From: a virus
Taxonomy: Duplodnaviria > Caudoviricetes
Length of the DNA: 64,000 bases
Virus record (IMG/VR): IMGVR_UViG_3300029288_000116
Coordinates: 1 to 64,000 of that record
Direction: 5' to 3' (one strand)
Part shown: positions 56,322-64,000 of the stretch, one piece after another
Position numbering within the stretch: the first letter of the stretch is position 1
How the letters are laid out: every line of letters starts with the position of its first letter
The notes under the pieces: model-generated
Databases searched by the model: none
Seen by the model: only the letters and a program-made list of their open reading frames with translations
What the model was told of the DNA's origin: nothing
Position numbers and translations under genes: made by a program

Positions 56322-57527
56322 CTAATCGGTAAAGTTATCGACCTTAACCCATCTGTAATAGAGCGCTGAGCCAAAGATATGTTCATGGATCCCATATCTC
56401 GACATAAGCCCGATAGTAGGATTGAAGGAATCTTCGAAAGTAGCTCTACTTGCCATTAGAGAAATATAAGGCAGATAGATAATACCAGTGTCATATGCGG
56501 AAGGACCCTTGTAACCTACCAAGAAGCCGACTTCATCAGCAAATGTATCACGATAAACAGAGATTCTACCGTCTAGAGTACCAAGTCTTGCGACCCCAGT
56601 GGGGGCAGTATTTACGTCACCGGCAACGGGCCAAATAGTAAAGGCGGAAGTTGCTTCGAAAATGGCGCAAACAGTAGGATGACAGACGACCCAATTACCA
56701 GCCCCTCTACGAGTAGTAATGGCAATGTCATTAGACCTACGGATAAGCATATTGAACAAGGAACGATAACGTTCTCCATCCCATCTGCCATCAGCAGTTA
56801 GGTAATTCCAACCAGAGCTTGTAGTAGCAGAAGCAGTGGCTGAGGTATGAATAGCCGCGATAAGTTCACGATCGATTTCCTGAGTAATTTCATAACTCAG
56901 AATATCCATCATTTCACCTTCAAGATCTAGACCGTGCATGGCTTTAAGATCTTGTGCTACTTCCTGAGACCAACGAGCACGAAGCTTACGAGTCTTGGCT
57001 TCTACTTGGGCCTTTTCAAGAGTCATGTTGACTTCTTTGATATGAGACCCAGTACCGATACCAATACCATAATCACTTCCTACGCCAGAACCAGCCTTAG
57101 AACCAAGAGCTTCCTGAGCTGAAGTAGTAGCAGAATAGGTGTAATCCTTATCTACTGTGTTATAGCCGATTTCCTGACCATGGGCCACGGAATTATAAGT
57201 CTGGCCAGCACGATAGCGCAGTGCAAAAGCTAGGCCTACGGGGCCGGTCATTGGTTGTACGCCAACTAGATCATGGGCAACCAATTCAGGAAAGGTTCTA
57301 CGTACCATAGGAATAGCGATTTGATAAAAATCGCCATTGGTGGAATAAGAACCACTGCGATTAAAAGTAGCTTCAATGTTGGAACCAGATTCGTTTAATT
57401 GTGTGGTCATCCATTTTTCCTGGTTTTCCAGCATAATGGCAGTAGCATTTTTAACTTTCTGGGATTTAATGGGATTGCCTTCGTTAAGAATTTCTTCCCA
57501 CTTTTTAACGGTTTCTTTAATGTTCAT
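56322..57527 (-). CDS. gp23: major capsid protein (T4 gp23-like)
   Basis: LENQ, VRR..P.L.A.D..GVQPM.GP.GL.FALR, A.TRKL.A.W..E.AQDL.A.HGLD.E, EIDRE, SF.P......RYG. Confidence 0.97.
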   Translation of the reverse strand: MNIKETVKKWEEILNEGNPIKSQKVKNATAIMLENQEKWMTTQLNESGSNIEATFNRSGSYSTNGDFYQIAIPMVRRTFPELVAHDLVGVQPMTGPVGLAFALRYRAGQTYNSVAHGQEIGYNTVDKDYTYSATTSAQEALGSKAGSGVGSDYGIGIGTGSHIKEVNMTLEKAQVEAKTRKLRARWSQEVAQDLKAMHGLDLEGEMMDILSYEITQEIDRELIAAIHTSATASATTSSGWNYLTADGRWDGERYRSLFNMLIRRSNDIAITTRRGAGNWVVCHPTVCAIFEATSAFTIWPVAGDVNTAPTGVARLGTLDGRISVYRDTFADEVGFLVGYKGPSAYDTGIIYLPYISLMASRATFEDSFNPTIGLMSRYGIHEHIFGSALYYRWVKVDNFTD

Positions 57528-57539
57528 TAAGTTCTCTCC

Positions 57540-58397
57540 TTAACTTTTGAGAATTTCTTTCCATCTTTCTACCATACTTGAGCGGTAGGTTTCAAATGGA
57601 GACTTTTCTTCTTTGATTAAATCTTTTTTAGGTTTATCTTCTACAGTTATTTTGCCCTTGCCCTCAGATACTTCTGCGTTTTTCATTTTCTTTGAGTCGC
57701 ATTCAGGACACATGGTTATGTTGCAGGCTTTATCCGATTTTCCTTCATAACCACATTCAGGACATACACAGTCATTAGACTTTGCATCTTCGGCCTCATG
57801 TAGTTTATTTTCTACAATAAGATCAAATTTACGATCGATTTCTTTTACGTTTGTTACGCCTTCTAACAGACCCATAACTCGTTTGCGAGCGGGAGTAGTT
57901 AGTCCATCAGTTTTTCTTACTTTATATAGTTCAGCTGCCAGATCTTGAGCATCAGATTCTAATACAAACTTTTCTTCCATTAGGCCGTTAACGTCTTCAT
58001 TTAACTTAAGAATTTCGTCTCTAGCTTCATTCAGAAGCTCTCTGGCTTCGTCGTCGAGCACGCCTTCATCAATACCAATACGTACTTTAAACTGGTCAAT
58101 TAGGTCGGAGTATAGTTCGCCTTTGCGAGCATACTCCATAATATTCTCGGGAATAATCATCTCTTCTTCTAAGATGTCATCTACGAAATTAGAAAACTTA
58201 GAGGTGATATCTTTCTTATAGTCTTCAAATTTTTCTTCATAGTGCTCTAAAAGTTTTTCCTTTTCAACTTCAAGGGCCTCGTTTACTTTTTCCTGAACTT
58301 TTAGGTCAACAATATCATTAAGCTTTTCAGTTATAGCAGCTTGCTGGTCTTCGTTCAAAGACTCGGCTTTTAGCATTTTTAAAATTTCATCAAACAT
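57540..58397 (-). CDS. gp22: prohead core scaffold protein (T4 gp22-like)
   Basis: Acidic coiled coil directly upstream of gp23; multiple L-x-E sites; contains a four-Cys-pair-like insert. Confidence 0.8.
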   Translation of the reverse strand: MFDEILKMLKAESLNEDQQAAITEKLNDIVDLKVQEKVNEALEVEKEKLLEHYEEKFEDYKKDITSKFSNFVDDILEEEMIIPENIMEYARKGELYSDLIDQFKVRIGIDEGVLDDEARELLNEARDEILKLNEDVNGLMEEKFVLESDAQDLAAELYKVRKTDGLTTPARKRVMGLLEGVTNVKEIDRKFDLIVENKLHEAEDAKSNDCVCPECGYEGKSDKACNITMCPECDSKKMKNAEVSEGKGKITVEDKPKKDLIKEEKSPFETYRSSMVERWKEILKS

Positions 58398-58411
58398 TTA
58401 TCTTCTCCTTC

Positions 58412-58825
58412 TTAGCGCTGTTTGGTAAGACCAAGTTTTTTACCAGAAAGACCTTTACCCATTTTTTCCATACGAGCAATTTTAGGTTTTAGCTTTCTTA
58501 TTCTAGCTTTGATCTTAGCTTTATTTTTACGATAATACATCTTAGACTTTCTACGATTTTTAGCGTTAGTCTTTTTTAACAGACGCACTTCGCTGACTTC
58601 ACCCTCGTCCTCATTTTCGGTATCCTCTTCGTCACCCTCATCACCAGAATCAAGTTCGTTGAGAATATCATGTAAACGAACAACCATTTCATCTGATAAA
58701 TTTTCGTCGTCAAGTTCTAGTAAAAATTCTACCATGTTATTGACAAGTTCATCATCAGACATTTGTTCGTTTAGAGGTTCGATGTCAGTACCGAGATATT
58801 TTCTCAGTTTTTCATCTATGTTCAT
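58412..58825 (-). CDS. prohead core protein (gp68-like)
   Basis: Acidic N-terminal half, very basic C-terminal half; head-module position. Confidence 0.6.
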   Translation of the reverse strand: MNIDEKLRKYLGTDIEPLNEQMSDDELVNNMVEFLLELDDENLSDEMVVRLHDILNELDSGDEGDEEDTENEDEGEVSEVRLLKKTNAKNRRKSKMYYRKNKAKIKARIRKLKPKIARMEKMGKGLSGKKLGLTKQR

Positions 58826-58864
58826 ATATTATTGCCCTCCTATTGAGTTGTAATTCCTATAGAG

Positions 58865-58872
58865 TATTTATA
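58865..58872 (-). promoter_or_regulatory. T4-type late promoter
   Basis: TATAAATA upstream of the core/scaffold/capsid genes. Confidence 0.75.
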
Positions 58873-58895
58873 CAAATTTGCATTTTTGTTACAAA

Positions 58896-59054
58896 TTACT
58901 TATGAATTAAAGATTTTATCTTCTTTTCTATCTTATATACAACATTACCAACAGGCCCCCGTTTTTTTCTAGAATCGGCGCTAGCTTTTCTAGCGGCCTC
59001 AGACCAAGCTTCGCCTAAAAGCAATTCTATTCTATTTAGTAGTTTTGTATTCAT
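58896..59054 (-). CDS. 52 aa basic putative internal head protein
   Basis: Not in the ORF track; MNTKLLNRIELLLGEAWSEAARKASADSRKKRG...; GGGGGA RBS. Confidence 0.7.
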   Translation of the reverse strand: MNTKLLNRIELLLGEAWSEAARKASADSRKKRGPVGNVVYKIEKKIKSLIHK

Positions 59055-59055
59055 T

Positions 59056-59340
59056 CTATCCCCCAAAAGTTTTCTTGATATTATTTCCTACTGACTGAAA
59101 TCCCTTTACCGCGATATTTTTTAACACCTCTAGTGGAAGCATTTTAAGATCTGAGTAGGCGGATTTAAGTTTTGTTTGAGCGCCTATCAGTCGTTTAAGA
59201 TTTCTAGCTTCTTCACTTTCTTCTATTATGGCCTCTATTACTTGAAGGGCTGTGTCTACACTATTAAGCATAGATACATATAAAGCTGCTGCAGAATCCT
59301 CATTTAATGTTTTATCTGAAAAATACTCTTTTAGTTCCAT
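59056..59340 (-). CDS. putative internal head protein
   Basis: MELKEYFSDKTLNE N-terminus resembles a T4 capsid-targeting sequence. Confidence 0.65.
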   Translation of the reverse strand: MELKEYFSDKTLNEDSAAALYVSMLNSVDTALQVIEAIIEESEEARNLKRLIGAQTKLKSAYSDLKMLPLEVLKNIAVKGFQSVGNNIKKTFGG

Positions 59341-59352
59341 GAATTTATGGCC

Positions 59353-59796
59353 TTATAAGAATTTTATGCCGGTATAAACCGCGTTCTTATTTCTTTTTCT
59401 ATATGAAGGTAGGTCTATAGAATGAATCTCTGTACCTTTGGTTATTGTTATCCTGACTGGATTATAATTGTCAAAATGTACTTTAATATCTAATGGAGTT
59501 TGGGCACTTTTAAATACCACAGTATCTCCATGTCCGGGGTTATCAGGATCGCTTTTTATAACTCTATCGAAAGCAAAGCCTTTAGATTTTAGAGCAAAAT
59601 CTATTTTGTCTCTTAGGTCTCGATAATAGTTTTTACTATCTTCTGTATTTGTTAGTTTTCCTACAAGTTTAGTGATTAAGCTAACAACGAATTTAAGAAG
59701 AACTGGAGTAGCAACAACCGCAGCAGTTTTAGCTAAAGTTGCAGTTAAGTTTTCAGCCAAAAGTAAATCTATTCTTTTTACGAGATCTTTAGACAT
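59353..59796 (-). CDS. putative internal head protein
   Basis: MSKDLVKRIDLLLAE N-terminus followed by a hydrophobic helix. Confidence 0.65.
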   Translation of the reverse strand: MSKDLVKRIDLLLAENLTATLAKTAAVVATPVLLKFVVSLITKLVGKLTNTEDSKNYYRDLRDKIDFALKSKGFAFDRVIKSDPDNPGHGDTVVFKSAQTPLDIKVHFDNYNPVRITITKGTEIHSIDLPSYRKRNKNAVYTGIKFL

Positions 59797-59798
59797 TT

Positions 59799-60596
59799 CT
59801 ACCTTCCTACGATTTTAATAAGTTTACCGTAAGCCTGTTCTAATAGAGCTCTTGTAGCTACTAACTCAGAATATTTTATCTTATCCCCCGATTCTTTCAT
59901 TACTTTTTCCATAGTCTTTAAAGGAAAATAAGTATCAAAAGTATCAATAGTTTTGGCTAATCCACGAACTATTACAGAACCGTTGCCCTCATCTAGTCGA
60001 GAAAGCTGATTCATTAAGAACTTGAAATACTCTTCTTTAAGTTCTTCTACATTAGGCTCGACTTTATCTTCAGAATCATAAGTAGCAAATGTAGTACCTT
60101 CATAAATACCATTAACCCAAGATGGGTTATTTGATGGACTCGAAACTAGATCCCAAAGGATGAGTTTATATTCGTCATTTACAACTCCAGACTCATTGAC
60201 CGAGCCTAGACCTCTAGAGCTAATACCTATGGGCCCCTCTTTTAAAAGAGTCTTAGCTATCTGTCCGTTTGGGGTATCTAGAATTTTAGCCTTACCATAT
60301 AAATCATCCCCCTTCCATTCAAGTTGCATTGTTCTAATAGCAACTTTGTCTAGATTGGGTTCTGGGTTTGATGGATGGCCGAGCTCTCCCCATAGAGGAA
60401 TGCCCTTTTTTAGATAAGCCTCTTGGAGTTTAGTAACTTCTCTTTCTAAAATAGGTTTCTTGTAAATTCTACCATTAGCATTCTTCTTTTCGGCTGAAGA
60501 GAAGATCCCGACTACATATAGACTTTTGTCCTTAGCGTCTTCCTCAAGAACAACGTCGTAACTGCATTCTGTTATCAGTTTTAATCTCTGGTTCAT
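59799..60596 (-). CDS. gp21: prohead protease (T4 gp21-like)
   Basis: GIF..AE.KNANGRIY, GELGHP, GKAKILDTP.G, GISSRGLGS, DLVS.PS. Confidence 0.95.
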   Translation of the reverse strand: MNQRLKLITECSYDVVLEEDAKDKSLYVVGIFSSAEKKNANGRIYKKPILEREVTKLQEAYLKKGIPLWGELGHPSNPEPNLDKVAIRTMQLEWKGDDLYGKAKILDTPNGQIAKTLLKEGPIGISSRGLGSVNESGVVNDEYKLILWDLVSSPSNNPSWVNGIYEGTTFATYDSEDKVEPNVEELKEEYFKFLMNQLSRLDEGNGSVIVRGLAKTIDTFDTYFPLKTMEKVMKESGDKIKYSELVATRALLEQAYGKLIKIVGR

Positions 60597-60616
60597 AATA
60601 GCTTCCTTTTTATTAC

Positions 60617-60808
60617 TTATTCTTTTTCGCCTTCCTCTTCCTTCTCTACTTTTACCGGATCTACTTCTTTTTCAAGGCCCACCGTGTCTTTTAAATAACT
60701 GTTCTTTGCTGCTTGAATTTCTTTTTTGAGAATTTCTTTGGCAGTCACATAATCATCTTTACTAAATGCGTCTAGAGCATCTTTTACTTTTTCGGTGTCA
60801 ACAGGCAT
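60617..60808 (-). CDS. small prohead core protein (gp67-like position)
   Basis: Charged 63 aa protein between portal and protease; AAGGAG RBS. Confidence 0.6.
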   Translation of the reverse strand: MPVDTEKVKDALDAFSKDDYVTAKEILKKEIQAAKNSYLKDTVGLEKEVDPVKVEKEEEGEKE

Positions 60809-60844
60809 ATGTTATTCTCCTTATAGTTTATTTATTAAAAATTT

Positions 60845-62407
60845 CTAATATCCACCACTTTGCTGTTGTTCAAGTTTTGGATCAGGTCTGAATCCTAGTT
60901 TTATGTCTTCAGCAAACGAGGCAGCATTCGCCTTAATATCATTTTCGTCCCATTCTAAATATTTTCTCATTAAGAAGGACTTTCCCATTTCTGGCAAATT
61001 TGCGAGTGTGAGATAATTATTGAACTTTACTTCTCTCATTATTTGTTCTTGCTTGTCCTTATAGAAAGAAGGCTGAATCATCTTAATGGCTATATTGTCT
61101 CTAGTTAATTCGTATTCAGCTTTAAGACCCTTGAATTCTAGATGAAGTAAAAATAGATTAAGCCACTCATTACAAAAACGATTTTGCTGCCGAGAAAGAA
61201 ATGTCGCCCATTTGATCTCATCTCTGCTAATTTCTCCAGCCGGGCTTCTTGAAAATAAAATCTCTGACTCTCTATCACTTTGCATAGCAGAAACCCTAGA
61301 CATAGGATATTTAAGAGACTGATACAGCTTTCTTTGAAAGTACTTAATATCTGAGAGTTCTGTAAACCCAGCTGTAGAAGATCCACCAACAGTAGAAATA
61401 TCTGAACCTCTTCCCTCGCTCGACGTACTAAGAAAAAAATTGTCCTGTATAGATAAAACATCAGGATTTTGAGTTAATCTACCAGTACTTGGATCATAAC
61501 TCTGTTTCTTCATCATAGAAGACTTTACTTTTTCAACATATTTCATGGCCTTATCTCTGGGCATATTTCCTACGTCTACCTTAAATACTAGTCTCTCGGG
61601 GGCCCTCACAATTCGGTAAATAATGATAGAAGTTTCAAGTAGTTTCAGTGTATTATACGGAACTTTTACCTTTTCCAAATACCCAAAAATCTCAGATTTA
61701 AGTCTTCCATAAATACCATAGTCTACAAGTCCTATTTGGGCTGGTTCAAATTCAATAACATCTTTTTCTGATGGATTTACTTTTTTACCGGAATCTGGAT
61801 TAAGATATTGTCTAAACTTCTTTATTTTACCTGTTATATGATCGTATTCAAAATCCATAGTTTCTGACGGAAGTTTCTTAATTCCGATAATTCCGTTTTT
61901 TTGGTTCTTTTCATCTATTATTCTTTCATAGTAAAATCTACCATCAATAAAATAGCTTCTAAAATAATCATAACAGTTTTCATGGAGTTTAAGTTTATTA
62001 TAGAATAAATCGTCGAATTCCTCTTGAAGTTTATCTATAATATTCTTATTCTTTTTAAGATCTTCCTCTTGAATATCGAGCACTAAAACTTTGCCTTCTA
62101 GATCTTCTTGGGTAGATTCTATACAAGCATCTTCAATAACGTCTGCGATTTCTGGCATTTCAGCGATGTTTCTATAGTTTAAAATTTTTGCTCTTTCATT
62201 ATCGAAAGTTTTATTTATGTAGTGGGCGTAGAACAAATTAAAACTTGAAGTTGACAAAGCCGAAAATTGTGGTAGAAACTCTAACCCCTCACCTGACATA
62301 TTCTTGGCAATTTTCGGTGTTAGCGTAGTTCCGCCCTTGTTTTTAAAGGCTGCTATTGACTCATCCAACTTACTTACATAATTTTTTACGCCAGATAATA
62401 TTCCCAT
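60845..62407 (-). CDS. gp20: portal protein (T4 gp20-like)
   Basis: YR..A..PE, YIDGR-like, IYR..RAPER.VF.VDVGNMP..KA..Y, DIKYF..KLY..L..P.SR, I.RDE.K. Confidence 0.96.
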   Translation of the reverse strand: MGILSGVKNYVSKLDESIAAFKNKGGTTLTPKIAKNMSGEGLEFLPQFSALSTSSFNLFYAHYINKTFDNERAKILNYRNIAEMPEIADVIEDACIESTQEDLEGKVLVLDIQEEDLKKNKNIIDKLQEEFDDLFYNKLKLHENCYDYFRSYFIDGRFYYERIIDEKNQKNGIIGIKKLPSETMDFEYDHITGKIKKFRQYLNPDSGKKVNPSEKDVIEFEPAQIGLVDYGIYGRLKSEIFGYLEKVKVPYNTLKLLETSIIIYRIVRAPERLVFKVDVGNMPRDKAMKYVEKVKSSMMKKQSYDPSTGRLTQNPDVLSIQDNFFLSTSSEGRGSDISTVGGSSTAGFTELSDIKYFQRKLYQSLKYPMSRVSAMQSDRESEILFSRSPAGEISRDEIKWATFLSRQQNRFCNEWLNLFLLHLEFKGLKAEYELTRDNIAIKMIQPSFYKDKQEQIMREVKFNNYLTLANLPEMGKSFLMRKYLEWDENDIKANAASFAEDIKLGFRPDPKLEQQQSGGY

Positions 62408-62564
62408 TTTATACTCCTAAGTATTTTGTACAGTTTATTTTACACATAATAATCAAAAATCAACAAATTCCAAACTTGATAAGTACGAACGGTTTCACGA
62501 ATATGCCGGTCTATATACTCTCGATTAATAATGTTATGTTCTAATAATAAATAGCTAAGAAATT

Positions 62565-63017
62565 TCATTTTATTCCTAAACTTTTTTCAGTCAGTATCTT
62601 AAATTCTATTCCATTCTTTTTACAATATTCATCTGCTGCTTTCCATTTAGCCAAATTCCTAGTATAAGTAACCCATTCTTTTAAATAGTATGAGTCGTTT
62701 TTTTTTCTCGCCGGAACCTTACATTCTTTTTCTGGTTTGATTTCTATAATGTAGTTGTTAATATTGCCGTCTTTTGTTTTAATTCTTACCATAAAATCTG
62801 GATAATAAGATCTAGATTTCTTTTTAACAACATCGTAGTATAAAATCCTAATTGATTCACTAGACCATAGTATTATAGAAGATGTCTTGTCACAATATTC
62901 ACAAAATTTACGTTCCCATGAAGATCTACAAACAGCATGAGTCCCTACGAACTTATCTAGATTCTTTGGAACAAATATTGTATGACCTTTACCAACTTTA
63001 TTTTTTATCCAACTCAT
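62565..63017 (-). CDS. gp4: head completion nuclease (T4 gp4-like, TnsA_N fold)
   Basis: P.N..KF.G, RSSWE.KF...CD, WSSE...I.Y, YYPDF, IEIKP, N.AKW.AA..YC, F.ILTE. Confidence 0.92.
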   Translation of the reverse strand: MSWIKNKVGKGHTIFVPKNLDKFVGTHAVCRSSWERKFCEYCDKTSSIILWSSESIRILYYDVVKKKSRSYYPDFMVRIKTKDGNINNYIIEIKPEKECKVPARKKNDSYYLKEWVTYTRNLAKWKAADEYCKKNGIEFKILTEKSLGIK

Positions 63018-64000
63018 GTTTTTATAATATAATTAATTACCAAATATGGTTGTAAATTATTATGCGCAGTCCCGCCGCCGGTAGAAGAAGTTTGATTTTC
63101 ACCAAGAAAACATGTAAAACCGCTGCCAGCGGGAACAATATTTCCTCCAGTAAGCATTACTGCGGTATGTGTATGCGAAGGTATTTCATTAGTGATTAAG
63201 GTGTGTGTAGCTGCTCCACCTGTTTGACCTAAAGAAGTAAAATTAGCATCTAAAGAATTTTTGCCTACTGGAATAATACCTCTTAAATCTGGAACATTAA
63301 ATGTTGTTGTACCGTCTCCAACACCATATGTTGTATTCGTAATAGCGAATAAATCAGCATATGTAGTTCTTGATACAGCAGAACCATCACAAAGCAAAAA
63401 TCCTGTAGGAGCAGAAAGCCCAGCATATGGAAATATAGAACCCTTAGGAATCAAATCTGTAACATCATCAACATACTTCTTATTAGCGACTTGATAGTCT
63501 TCAGTAGGAGCTTCGCTCGGGGTTAAAGGAAATGCTTGAAAAGTTATTGTGTTTCCTGCTGTACCATCCCATTCAGAATACACCAAAACCGTAGTAGCTC
63601 CTACTGTTATAGTTCCAGAACCCGTAAATATTTGATATGGACCTGCGATAACCGGCCCGCTAAATGTTATTGAAGACCCAGATGCTACACTAATAGTAGC
63701 CCCGGCCATAACATAAACTGACACATTAGTAGGAATGCTAATACTTCCAGAAATTGTCCATATTCCTGGTACTAATACTAAAGTTCTGGTATTTGGAGAC
63801 ATAAGAGCGATAGCGGCTATAGCAGCAGCTATTGTAACCTGGTCTTTCGATGTTCCATATATCCTAGCATCTACCCATGGGCCCATAGATATGATGTCTG
63901 CTGGCTTTATCGCTGTTATATTGTAGCTACCATCAAAAAGTTCTTGAATATATTCCCCAGAGACACCAGTAGGGATTTGAACTATATCAGCGTCTGAATA
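63014..64000 (-). CDS. tail fibre protein with tail-collar domain, 5'-truncated by window edge
   Basis: P.G.I.PYAG..APTGFLLCDGSAVSRTTYA.LF, GDG.TTFNVPDLRG, HNNLQPY; frame stays open to 64000. Confidence 0.9.
   Translation of the reverse strand, partial: YSDADIVQIPTGVSGEYIQELFDGSYNITAIKPADIISMGPWVDARIYGTSKDQVTIAAAIAAIALMSPNTRTLVLVPGIWTISGSISIPTNVSVYVMAGATISVASGSSITFSGPVIAGPYQIFTGSGTITVGATTVLVYSEWDGTAGNTITFQAFPLTPSEAPTEDYQVANKKYVDDVTDLIPKGSIFPYAGLSAPTGFLLCDGSAVSRTTYADLFAITNTTYGVGDGTTTFNVPDLRGIIPVGKNSLDANFTSLGQTGGAATHTLITNEIPSHTHTAVMLTGGNIVPAGSGFTCFLGENQTSSTGGGTAHNNLQPYLVINYIIKT

Noticed and set aside
62565-63017. TnsA transposase / Tn7-like element
   Set aside because: Same fold as the T4 gp4 head-completion protein, sits beside the portal gene, and no tnsB/tnsC or terminal repeats are present
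878-63926. Short antisense or overlapping ORFs in the track (e.g. 878-1078, 4772-5050, 7020-7325, 15398-15667, 22250-22966, 36243-36518, 41985-42431, 61138-61461)
   Set aside because: They are shadows of well-supported genes on the other strand or frame, with no RBS or motifs
1-64000. Genome-wide stop-codon reassignment
   Set aside because: Core genes are full length in the standard code and end in TAA, TAG or TGA; the few in-frame stops involve different codons in small accessory ORFs
1-64000. tRNA, rRNA, introns or inteins
   Set aside because: No cloverleaf or T-loop pattern was seen in the intergenic gaps, and core genes show no intein or intron interruption; a tRNAscan-SE/Infernal run was not possible

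Overview
This is a 64 kb segment of a large, AT-rich T4-like (gp23/gp18/gp55-type) myovirus genome read in the standard genetic code. It has five blocks. (1) 0.2-12.9 kb, + strand: an HNH homing endonuclease, then a glycan-modification island with 4 glycosyltransferases, 4 SAM methyltransferases, a kinase-like protein and an NDP-sugar epimerase, mixed with small ORFs. (2) 14-19.8 kb, + strand: a gp16-like small terminase overlapping a complete PrkA(YeaG)-YeaH-(MazG)-SpoVR operon, behind TATAAATA late-promoter boxes. (3) 19.8-41.3 kb, - strand: the tail/baseplate module (gp18, gp19, gp26, gp51, tape measure with SLT and NlpC/P60 domains, gp48, gp53, gp27, gp5, gp25, gp6, gp7, fibre), plus gp55, an LRAT-like enzyme and gp2. 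(4) 41.5-55.5 kb, + strand: an early accessory island of small ORFs with a repeated GTTTCAG-N17-TATAAT-AAACTAAAAC-TTGGAGG cassette, including DNA ligase, DHH and HAD phosphatases, nucleases and an orphan HicB. (5) 55.5-64 kb, - strand: the head module (gp4, gp20, gp21, core/internal proteins, gp22, gp23). The best leads are the late-expressed, terminase-coupled PrkA/YeaH/SpoVR system; a split WbdD-like kinase + methyltransferase glycan-capping pair; a probable -1 frameshift fusing gp26 to gp51; and a shared RI(D/E)LLL motif linking an LRAT-like enzyme to head proteins. I saw no tRNA, rRNA or CRISPR array. All family calls come from motif recognition by eye, not from database searches.
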